From: Podarcis vaucheri
Taxonomy: Eukaryota
Length of the DNA stretch: 64,000 nucleotides
Assembly (NCBI GenBank): GCA_965113315.1
Contig: OZ220368.1
Direction: 5' to 3' (one strand)
The position numbers and the translations under genes were made by a program. Positions 25,920 through 35,195 of this stretch are shown piece after piece; position 1 is the first letter of the stretch, and each line of letters begins with the position of its first letter. The notes beneath the pieces were generated by a model. That model had not been told where the DNA came from, searched no databases, and saw nothing but the letters and a program-made list of their open reading frames with translations.

Positions 25920-26799
25920 TATTTTCAAAATTTTGACTTGGGCTTGTATTTTGCCAAATCAAGGGACGGCAGGTGAATCTGATCACTGGAGCACCAACTG
26001 GGAATCCCTTTGCTTTGATGCATTGATGAAGTTGCTTTGGTCTAGGGCAGCCTTCCCCAACCTGGTGCTCTCCAGATGTCTTGGACTACAAGTCGCATCA
26101 ACCTCAGCAAACTGGAGGAAGGCTGCTCAGTGTTAGAACACAGGATGTGTAGTCATAACCTGTTTTGTTCCATTTTAAGCAAAACATGAATCTAATGGGC
26201 CCCTATTTGGGGTTGTTGGGTTTTTTTTGGGGGGGTGTCTTTTATGCCCCAGTCATTTCTGACAAGTGTAAACTTCAATATCATGCATCGAGAAAATAGT
26301 ATATCCTTTGTGATGGGTTCCTTGAATAGGAAGAATGGTACAGTATATCAAAGACAAAAAGGTAGGAACTGGATATGGGAGTTTGTTTAAACAGATATTC
26401 ACTGTCTCCACTAGATGGTGCTCATATTGTGTGTGTACTGTATTTAAAACCGCAGCCAGAATCATCACGCTATGTCCCTCAGCTTACTATTATTATTTTT
26501 TTACTGGAACTAAACGTGGAACAGGGAAAGTTGAAAGGGGGTATCTACCTTGCGTCTCAGGACTTACTTTCTTTTTTCTCATTCATACCTAACATACACT
26601 GACAGCATGGATCACAACCTTGGATGAGCACCTGGAACCCTCTGGAATTTTGCTACCATTCGGCATGGATTGGGAGTGGCATATAAATACTTGTATGATT
26701 GGAGCATAGGAATTCATTGCTTTTAAATGATACACTCATGAGGGGATTGGAGTAGTCATACAAAGCTAATCTGCTACCAACTTTACTATACGCTCATGA

Positions 26800-27420
26800 A
26801 ACATGAACCACTTAGAAACGCCATCTCCAACTCCTCGAAAGATTCCATCAACGGTGCCTCCGAAAAATTAACACATCACTTGGGAAGACAGCTGAACTAA
26901 TGCCAGTGTACTGGAAGAAACAAATATCACCATTGTTGAAGCAATGATTCTTCAACAACAACTTTGTTGAACTGGTCATGTTGTGTGGCTGCCCTGATTA
27001 TTGTCTTCCAAAGCAACTAATCTATTCCCAACTCAAGAATGGAAAGCGAAATACTGGTGGACAACAAAAGAGGTTTAAAGATGCTCTCAAGGCACATTTA
27101 AAAAAAATGTAACATAAGCACTGATAACTGGGAAACACTAGCCTGCAAGTGCTCCAATTGGAGAACAGCCTTTACCAAAGGTGTCATGTACTTTGAGGAA
27201 GCATGAACACAGGGCAAAAAGGAGAAATGAGCTAAGAGGAAGGCACATTTGGCAAACCCTCAACTCCTGCCTGGAAACCTATGTACCCACTGTGGAAGGA
27301 CATGTGGATCTAGAATTGGCCTCCAGAGTCACTTAAGGACTCACTGTTAAGACCATGTTCTTGGAGGACAATCTTACTCGGCTATGAGTGATCACCAAAG
27401 GAGGAGGAGGAGGAAGAAGG
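26800..27420 (+). mobile_element. 5'-truncated, degenerate RTE-clade LINE
   Basis: Broken translation LERFHQRCLRK..TWEDR..GHVV..LPKQLIYSQL..KRFKD..CTHCGRTCGSRIGLQSHLRTH. Confidence 0.8.
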
Positions 27421-29061
27421 GGTAGTCATTAAAAAGTTATAGTATCAGAATCATTGCAAGGGACACAGGAGTGGTCAGTAAATGTAATTTTGGCATCAAA
27501 ACAGGGCAAGCACATGAGAGCATTCAGAAAGAAACAATTTAATAGACAAGTTAGGGTGGGGGCCTTGGAGGGCCACAAAAAAAAACTTGACATCACAGCA
27601 TGGGACATATAGGAGCATTCAGCACTTTAACAAAAACACAGACTTTTTTTGGAGTGTTGTTGGCATCACAACATATAACCCACTGAAGCAGCTGCATCAT
27701 CATCATCATCATTATTGCTGTTGTTGTTGTTGCAGCATTTTTTAAATGACAAATTGAGGAGTCACCAAAAAAAAACTTTTGGGACTGGATAGTCACAGGC
27801 TGTGCATTAGATAACCCTAGAATGCTCACTGGGAAAAACACTGTGTAAATAGTGAATTGGCCCTCTGGAGTTCTGGAAGAGATAAGTTATTCCTTTCAGA
27901 ACATGGCTTGCTGAAGGTCTTCAGTGACTTCTCTGACATTCTGTGCTTTTAAAGAGTTCTATACAACACAACAGAGTGATGAAATGGCACCTTTATTTTA
28001 CAATAGAAAAAAGAACTAAATACAGTATTGTAAACCTGTCAAAGGCAAGACAAAGTGAACATCTGGGGAACACAGGCTTGTTCCATTTAAGATGGACCAC
28101 ACACACACACACACACACACCTTCAGAAGCCCTGAGTTATGCTTCCCCCCACTTTACTCATAAGATGGCTTTCATATTACACAGACATTGTTTCTTATAA
28201 GGGCTTCTGTTTTTTGCAACTCCTTTTCACTGACAGGATTTATATAAGGAAAATGAAATCCCCCATAAGATGAGGATGTAGCTTTGTAAATATTTCATAT
28301 TCAATATGAAACAGATACATCAGATTCACATACCATCATGCTACACAATGTAAGACTGATCCTGAGTGTCAATTTCATTTTTTAAATATAGAAGCTAAGA
28401 ACTAAAATGCTTACCTTGGGTGCGGTTTGTAGAAAAGGTAAATACTTAAAAAAATGTAAAGGTTTATCGGGTTTCTTGACCTTGTATTTGCAGTTTAGTT
28501 AGGAAAAAAGGTTCAAAGTAAACCCTAAAACTTGCTTCAAGGTGATATACGTAAGTAAGAAGGTAGTACCAATGGTAACATATACAATTGTGTGCAATAG
28601 AGGTAGACATATCAATCTATTTCTGGTCTATGTTAGTTTCACATGTGTTCATTCAGGTTGCATGCATATATCTTATTCCAGAATCAATGGAGACAGAGTA
28701 CACATCACCCCAAAAGATGTAGTTTCGAATACAATTTGCATGTACCAATTTACTTATTGAGAGATGCAAATGCAGAAATAATTTCTGTAATAGAAACAGA
28801 GTACATGTCACCATGGCTGTCCAGGTGCTAACCACTAAGGCTTCCCTTCTTATAATTATCTTTAAACCACATTTAGGCTAGAGAACCTTTCAAATGGAAA
28901 ACTATCCCCTGACAGTCTTTCAAATAGAGGGCTTGTCCTGTGTAAAAAAGTTCATTTGGCTTTCCTAAGCCTAGCACACTAGAAGCTGCAGGACAGAGGT
29001 TTCAGTTAAAATATTAAAAAGTATCAGCATTTTCAGATATGAAATTATTCCTGATAAAATA

Positions 29062-29287
29062 CATTGGTACCTCGGGTTAAGTACTTAATTCGTTTCAGAG
29101 GTCCGTACTTAACCTGAAACTGTTCTTAACCTGAAGCACCACTTTAGCTAATGGGGCCTCCTGCTGCTGCCACGCCGCCGGAGCACGATTTCTGTTCTCA
29201 TCCTGAAGCAAAGTTCTTAACCTGAAGCACTATTTCTGGGTTAGCAGAGTCTGTAACTTGAAGCGTATATAACCCGAGGTACCACTG
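29062..29287. mobile_element. Tc1/mariner-like MITE (same family as 25742 and 38112)
   Basis: TA-flanked TIRs and shared internal sequence. Confidence 0.85.
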
Positions 29288-29567
29288 TATACATATAGGG
29301 TGGAATGCCATGTAGTGCTAAGTCACTCATTCTAACAGTGCAAGGATTTTTGTTTGTGTATCCCCTCAATCTGTTCTAGGAGTTCCCCTAACACTCTGAG
29401 GAGGGTGTGATGCATGCGTGGGGAGTCCCATTGCACAAGCAGAAATTGTTGCACAGCATCAGAAAGCAGGTGGTGGAGGGAGCAAACCTGCTTACGGTAT
29501 GTGCAATGAAAAATGTATGGATGGATAAGATTAAACCAGCTCTAATTCTATAAACTTTATAACTGCA

Positions 29568-30256
29568 TGTAGACATGTTATTTCTATGTGCCTAGTATAG
29601 TAAAACATTGGTTCTTTTCCTCCTGCATTCTGGGAATTATTTCTATCTTCTCTTTGCTTCTAAAACAGACTATAAGGCCTGTTTATAATCAATCACGCTT
29701 CTCTCCCTCTCTTTCACGCACAAGGCTAAAGGTCTGTGCCTGGCACAGATCTTTCTGTATAGCATTCCTTACATACCACACTTGTCTTCTTTAGTTCACC
29801 TTTAGTTCACAATGATGTGTAAATCACAATGATGTGTTAATCCTCAATGTATAATTAATTGTGTGAGTTTATATAACAATCTAAACATTAGTAAACACCT
29901 TCGTTATAACATTATCAATCTTAGTCATAGGTGGATTAAGAGCTTATATGCCTGTCTAAATACAGCTCTAACATTCTGTCTTTCATGTGCCAAAGATCTA
30001 TGGAGCTATGTAAGCCCGCCTTACATACAAATGAGCCAATAGGATTTCAGTTTCTTTGTCTTGTATTGAGCCAATCAGCCACTGGCACATTCGTGGCCAT
30101 GCTTTTTGTAACTTTGAATAAAAGGAGATGCTGTGAGGCTAGAGGAGGAAGAATCTCTCTCTCTCTCACTTTCATCTGGCACACACGCAAGCTCTCAGAA
30201 AGAAAACATCTCGTTGTCTGTCTTTATTCATCTCTACAAACCCCCAAAAACCAACA
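29568..30256 (+). repeat. ERV 5' LTR (689 bp)
   Basis: Identical to the 3' LTR except C30212/T34456; two GAGCCAAT boxes; AATAAAA at 30117. Confidence 0.97.
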
Positions 30257-30258
30257 TC

Positions 30259-30276
30259 TGGTGACCCCGACGTGAT
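30259..30276 (+). promoter_or_regulatory. ERV primer-binding site, tRNA-Trp
   Basis: TGGTGACCCCGACGTGAT, the 18-mer used by avian sarcoma-leukosis viruses. Confidence 0.93.
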
Positions 30277-30284
30277 CCTGAAGA

Positions 30285-30293
30285 AGGGTAAGT
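30285..30293 (+). promoter_or_regulatory. ERV major splice donor
   Basis: AGG|GTAAGT between PBS and gag. Confidence 0.7.
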
Positions 30294-30384
30294 AATCAGA
30301 TCCCAATAGAGATCCCTTTAGAGCCAAAAGCATTCCTCATACTAACCCGACTGGGAAAAAGTCTAAAGCGCTTAATTCGTTAGT

Positions 30385-31929
30385 ATGGGAGGGGATTTAA
30401 GTAAGGTGCAAAAGGCTCACGCGAAAGAGCTTCTTTCGTTAGTAAGACAGACAATAGACAAAGTTCAAATTTCTCTAAAAGAGATTGAACAGCTACTGCA
30501 GGAAATAAATCATCAATGTCCTTTTTATCAAGCAGAAGGCTCATTGCAAATTAGCACATGGGAGAAGATCGGCAAAATTTTATTTTCCGAGCCACGTGCT
30601 CCAATCAGCTGCCTACTCACATGGCAAAAGTGTGCTAACGCCATAGCAAAATTAGAACAATCTTCTCTTTCAATTTCTCCATTGCTGGCAACTGCAGAAA
30701 CCTCCCCCCCGCCATACCCTCTGATTTTGCCCCCTTTGTCTCCTTCATCACCTAGCCGAAATCCCCCTCCCTTTTCTCCTTCCCTTGCTCCTGAACCGTC
30801 TCAGTTTACAAATTCCCCCCCAATCCCCCCTCACCCCCCTTCTCTGCCTGAACAAGCAAATCGGCATGCCTTTGTCCCTTCCTCTTTGTCTCTAGACCAT
30901 GCTGCTTTGCCAAAACAATATGGAGCCGTCCGTGCTGGGCTTTTACAGGCTAAGCAAGATGGGCTTTTTTCATTGGAAGAAACAGCTGCATGGGCTGGTG
31001 AAATGCCATTAATTTTTCCTCTCACATATCAAAATGCTCCTGGAGGTCAGCAATTACAAGTTTATCATGAAAAATTGCCTTATGCTGTCATGAAAGATCT
31101 CAGGAAAGCCATTAGTGATTCAGGTCTTAAATCTTCTTATGTAATGGGTATTATAGAGGGCATTTCTACCTCTTATACAATGATTCCGAGTGACTGGAAA
31201 GATTTGATGAGGATGATGTTATCTCCAGCGCAATTTTTAGTTTTTGAAAATGAATTTAAACATGCCGCCATAGCTCTGGCTGATCCAACGCATACAGCAA
31301 GCCAGCTTTTCGGCGCTCCTCCATTTGAGACCCTGGCTGCCCAAGCCGTGTTGTCACCTTCACACTTTCAGCGCACTGCAACTTGCGTGCAGCGTGCATT
31401 TCGTAAAATTCCTGTCTCAGGACAGCCACTGAGTTCCTTTGTAAATGTTAAACAGCAGAATACAGAGCCATACCATCAATTTGTGGATAGATTGAAGGAA
31501 TCTATCTGTAGACAGATAGATAATGAAACGGCTCAGAATGAGTTGCTAAAAAAATTGGCTTATGAGAACTCTAACATGGACTGTAAAAAAATGCTGCAAT
31601 CAATCATAAGCCGTTCAACATATTCCCTTGCAGATTTGATAAAAGCGTGTTCGGAAGTAGGGAGTCAATCTCATACAATATCTTTGTTTGCCAATGCACT
31701 TCAGGCTTCCGTGAGACAAACAGGAAACTGTTATAATTGTCACCGTCCTGGTCATTTTGCAAAGCAGTGCAAGGCCCAAGGTGGGACTGCACAGAAGAAT
31801 AATAATGCAAATACCACGACCAGACCTTCCAAAAAATGTCCAAAGTGTGGGAAAGGCTATCATTGGGCAAATCAATGTAGGTCTCAGGGAAACTTCACTG
31901 GGCCCAGTCTCTCGGGCCCCAAAGAATAG
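30385..31929 (+). CDS. gag: ERV Gag polyprotein (514 aa), intact
   Basis: MGGDLS myristoylation motif, beta-type matrix CPFY..GSL..WEKIG, PPPY late domain, MHR VKQQNTEPYHQFVDRL, two CCHC knuckles. Confidence 0.96.
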   Translation: MGGDLSKVQKAHAKELLSLVRQTIDKVQISLKEIEQLLQEINHQCPFYQAEGSLQISTWEKIGKILFSEPRAPISCLLTWQKCANAIAKLEQSSLSISPLLATAETSPPPYPLILPPLSPSSPSRNPPPFSPSLAPEPSQFTNSPPIPPHPPSLPEQANRHAFVPSSLSLDHAALPKQYGAVRAGLLQAKQDGLFSLEETAAWAGEMPLIFPLTYQNAPGGQQLQVYHEKLPYAVMKDLRKAISDSGLKSSYVMGIIEGISTSYTMIPSDWKDLMRMMLSPAQFLVFENEFKHAAIALADPTHTASQLFGAPPFETLAAQAVLSPSHFQRTATCVQRAFRKIPVSGQPLSSFVNVKQQNTEPYHQFVDRLKESICRQIDNETAQNELLKKLAYENSNMDCKKMLQSIISRSTYSLADLIKACSEVGSQSHTISLFANALQASVRQTGNCYNCHRPGHFAKQCKAQGGTAQKNNNANTTTRPSKKCPKCGKGYHWANQCRSQGNFTGPSLSGPKE

Positions 31930-31935
31930 AGAGAT
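31887..31935 (+). promoter_or_regulatory. gag-pro -1 ribosomal frameshift signal with H-type pseudoknot
   Basis: G GGA AAC slippery site, 6-nt spacer, stem1 GGGCCC/GGGCCC, stem2 GTCTCTC/GAGAGAT. Confidence 0.88.
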
Positions 31936-32663
31936 GTCAGCCTTTGGTTTCTGCTGCTGCAAAAGTTACTAAAAATATGCCTTCTGAATTTGCCATTGAT
32001 TTGATTAATCAAGAGACCAAAAACACTGCATTGCCTGGTGAAATCATAATCATGGCCAGCCAAATGGCAGGTCCACTTCCTCCTAATATCACAGGTTTAA
32101 TTTTACCTAAATTTTCTGCTGCAAAACAAGGCATTCATGTCATCCCAGGTGCCTTGCCTCCTGACTATGTGGGCACAATCATGGTTCAATTTTGGAGCCA
32201 TATGCCCATGCAGTTAACAAAGGGTGAATCTTTTGCTCATTTGGTGATGCTGCCTTCACCACCTGATGTTGTTTGCGCTATTGACACTAATCTGCACAAG
32301 CTCTCTTTATCTTTTTCCCCACAGCTTCTAGCTGTGACCCAACGTATTGGAAGAGAGAAACTCCTTCGTAAGTATAAAATCAATGGAAAAATATTAGAGG
32401 GTCTGATAGACACTGGTGCGGATGTTTCGGTCATTTCCAGTAATTTTTGGGAACAAACTTGGCCGCTTGAAACTTCTCCTGAAGTGTGGGGCGTGGGAGG
32501 TAATCAGGCTTCTTGCAAAAGCGCACAGTGGCTGCCTGTCTCTTTGCCTGATAGCTCTGAAGTTATTGCATATATTCAGCCCTGTGTGCTCAAAATTCAT
32601 CTTAATTTGTGGGGAAGAGATTTGTTGCAACAATTACAAGCAACCATTCAAATAAATGAGTAA
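31887..32663 (+). CDS. pro: ERV Pro (degenerate dUTPase-like domain plus aspartic protease), -1 frame from gag
   Basis: LIDTGADVSVI, GVGG flap, NLWGRDLL; dUTPase-like GPLPPNITGLIL...DYVGTI...GESFAHLVMLP. Confidence 0.93.
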   Translation, partial: GKLHWAQSLGPQRIERCQPLVSAAAKVTKNMPSEFAIDLINQETKNTALPGEIIIMASQMAGPLPPNITGLILPKFSAAKQGIHVIPGALPPDYVGTIMVQFWSHMPMQLTKGESFAHLVMLPSPPDVVCAIDTNLHKLSLSFSPQLLAVTQRIGREKLLRKYKINGKILEGLIDTGADVSVISSNFWEQTWPLETSPEVWGVGGNQASCKSAQWLPVSLPDSSEVIAYIQPCVLKIHLNLWGRDLLQQLQATIQINE

Positions 32664-32724
32664 GTTTGTGCTTCCACTTACTTGGAAGTCCACTGATCCT
32701 ATATGGATTCCGCAATGGCCTCTT
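32656..32724 (+). pseudogene. pol: pol remnant: first 23 codons (start of RT), then deletion
   Basis: MSKFVLPLTWKSTDPIWIPQWPL matches the class II RT N-terminal P(L/I)xWK...P(V/I)W(V/I)xQWPL motif. Confidence 0.88.
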
Positions 32725-33611
32725 ATAATGCTACTTGTGCACGTATGGTCAACTGTACGAAACAAAACTGCGTGAAAATGGGCAAAAATAACTTTAATTG
32801 CTCTGATTATGTAAATATTTCTTATATATATAAGTACACAGAACTGCCAGCAGGCTGGTTTTGGTCCTGCCCAGGTTACACTTTCAATTACATTCCGGCA
32901 AACATTAGTCACGGCACACCTTGTTGTTTAAGCCGTCTGTCTATCATATTGCCTGGAAAACATCATTTCTCTTACTCTAGACATCAGCGTAGTGTTGAAT
33001 TGTCTGATGACTGTGATGATCTTGTCTCTCTCCCTAGCAGGTCTGAATACATCTCTTTAGCTGTCTCTCTCTTAGGTGTTCCAGGTTTGGCTGTGCGTAA
33101 TAGCGCAAATATTAATTCCTTAGCTTGCTCTGCAGCAAAATCCCTGAACTTTACCTCTCAGGCGCTTCATCTTCTCAACACAGAGCAAGCCGAACTTCGC
33201 AACGGTTTATTAAGGTCGAAATCTACTTTGGACTACCTACTCATGGTACATCATTATGGTTGCGAACAATTCAAGGAAATGTGCTGTTTTAACATCACTG
33301 ACAATTCTAAGGCCGTTCAAAGGCAAATTTCTCATTTGCAAAATCTCACTCACCACATTAAAAAGGATATCGGATTTTCCGGACTCTGGGATTCCTTTTC
33401 CTTGTGGTCTATGGCGTGGCTCCCTAATCTCGATTGGCTACGCAATGCCTTTTTTTATGTAATTATTATTGTATGTATATTAATTTTGTTTTGTTGCTTT
33501 CTCCAATGCATTCCTAGCCTTACAAATCTTTTTTCTCGCCTTCTCTCTCCTCCACCACCACCTAGCGCGCTCCTTGCAGCCTATTATGCGAAATGGCAAC
33601 GCCACCAGTAA
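32703..33611 (+). CDS. env: 5'-truncated Env (SU C-terminus plus complete TM), ASLV-like, no signal peptide
   Basis: LPAGWFWSC..PCCLSRL, furin site RHQR (32979-32990), Cys-flanked internal fusion peptide, CEQFKEMCC (CX6CC), TM helix. Confidence 0.92.
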   Translation: MDSAMASYNATCARMVNCTKQNCVKMGKNNFNCSDYVNISYIYKYTELPAGWFWSCPGYTFNYIPANISHGTPCCLSRLSIILPGKHHFSYSRHQRSVELSDDCDDLVSLPSRSEYISLAVSLLGVPGLAVRNSANINSLACSAAKSLNFTSQALHLLNTEQAELRNGLLRSKSTLDYLLMVHHYGCEQFKEMCCFNITDNSKAVQRQISHLQNLTHHIKKDIGFSGLWDSFSLWSMAWLPNLDWLRNAFFYVIIIVCILILFCCFLQCIPSLTNLFSRLLSPPPPPSALLAAYYAKWQRHQ

Positions 33612-33788
33612 GAAAAAACAAAAATAAAAGGGGAGATGTGGGTAGGATTATTTTGAGATTCGTTGGCACACCACTAATCTTGAAGTACTTTTGCCCCATC
33701 AAGCCTAGCAGTATTATTTCCGGCATTTGATGGCAAACCACTAATCCGGAAGTATTGTTGCTTTATTCACCTAGTTGCCTTACCTCGC

Positions 33789-33811
33789 AAAGAAGAAAAA
33801 AAAGGAGGAGA
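33789..33811 (+). promoter_or_regulatory. ERV polypurine tract
   Basis: AAAGAAGAAAAAAAAGGAGGAGA directly before the 3' LTR. Confidence 0.9.
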
Positions 33812-34500
33812 TGTAGACATGTTATTTCTATGTGCCTAGTATAGTAAAACATTGGTTCTTTTCCTCCTGCATTCTGGGAATTATTTCTATCTTCTCTTTG
33901 CTTCTAAAACAGACTATAAGGCCTGTTTATAATCAATCACGCTTCTCTCCCTCTCTTTCACGCACAAGGCTAAAGGTCTGTGCCTGGCACAGATCTTTCT
34001 GTATAGCATTCCTTACATACCACACTTGTCTTCTTTAGTTCACCTTTAGTTCACAATGATGTGTAAATCACAATGATGTGTTAATCCTCAATGTATAATT
34101 AATTGTGTGAGTTTATATAACAATCTAAACATTAGTAAACACCTTCGTTATAACATTATCAATCTTAGTCATAGGTGGATTAAGAGCTTATATGCCTGTC
34201 TAAATACAGCTCTAACATTCTGTCTTTCATGTGCCAAAGATCTATGGAGCTATGTAAGCCCGCCTTACATACAAATGAGCCAATAGGATTTCAGTTTCTT
34301 TGTCTTGTATTGAGCCAATCAGCCACTGGCACATTCGTGGCCATGCTTTTTGTAACTTTGAATAAAAGGAGATGCTGTGAGGCTAGAGGAGGAAGAATCT
34401 CTCTCTCTCTCACTTTCATCTGGCACACACGCAAGCTCTCAGAAAGAAAACATCTTGTTGTCTGTCTTTATTCATCTCTACAAACCCCCAAAAACCAACA
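33812..34500 (+). repeat. ERV 3' LTR (689 bp)
   Basis: Copy of 29568-30256. Confidence 0.97.
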
Positions 34501-35195
34501 ACTGCAGTCTGCAAAAATAACTGCACTTGGAAAACCAAAAGCTCCCCATATACTTTGCCAAAAATAACCACACACAGCACTTGAAAAGCACAGCTTTCCG
34601 GGAGGCAGAATCTTTAAGGAGCTGAAAGGAGTCTCCATTACAAAGCATTACCCCTGCAAGAGAGTCTCCTGCAACCTTTAGTTGTTTCTCTGCTTCACAT
34701 AAACCATGGAAACCCCAGCCTATTTAAAATCCTACTTCGGCCCCAGGGTATTTCAACATTAAACCTATAAATCTAATAGGCTTCCTGCATTGTCAAAATT
34801 ATGGTGCGAGTTCTGTGGACACTGTGCAAATTGTACACATACCATATGTTCCTTTATTAACCTCCCTTCTGAGGCCTCAACACTAGGTAGAGACCGCACA
34901 GCTGGAAAGACTGCAAAATGCTCTGATTTTCCTGAAGTGCCAGAGTGACAAAATCCATTTGTCTTTGGCAGAGTAGCCTAATTTCTGATCAGATGCCTTC
35001 AGATTGTTTTGCTCCTAGAGTTCTGCTAATGCAGGAAGTTTTGTTTCATGTAATGGTCTACAATTTATAAGACAAGAACCAGCTGTTAAATAGTATGCAT
35101 GGTGGTAAAACAAAATAGTAAGGGCACTTGCCTAATTTGCAATACTGTACTAATACTACAGAACAGCATTTTTCAAACTGGATAACTGCAGCATA

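Larger units (their letters stand above)
29568..34500 (+). mobile_element. Class II (beta/alpha-like) endogenous retrovirus, pol-deleted, 4933 bp
   Basis: Paired TG...CA LTRs, 6-bp TSD ACTGCA (29562-29567 / 34501-34506), PBS, gag, pro, env, PPT. Confidence 0.97.

Noticed and set aside
29588-30275. 68-aa and 96-aa LTR ORFs as a sag-like accessory gene
   Set aside because: Short, no motif, the first has a non-ATG start; identity between copies only reflects LTR identity
32490-32620. Calicivirus-type TURBS (UGGGA) upstream of the pro/pol stop-start
   Set aside because: The nearest exact UGGGA is about 160 nt upstream and the closer site is UGGGGA; not good enough to claim
32661-32705. Pro-Env read-through fusion (same frame)
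   Set aside because: Two stops (TAA 32661, TGA 32694) separate the ORFs
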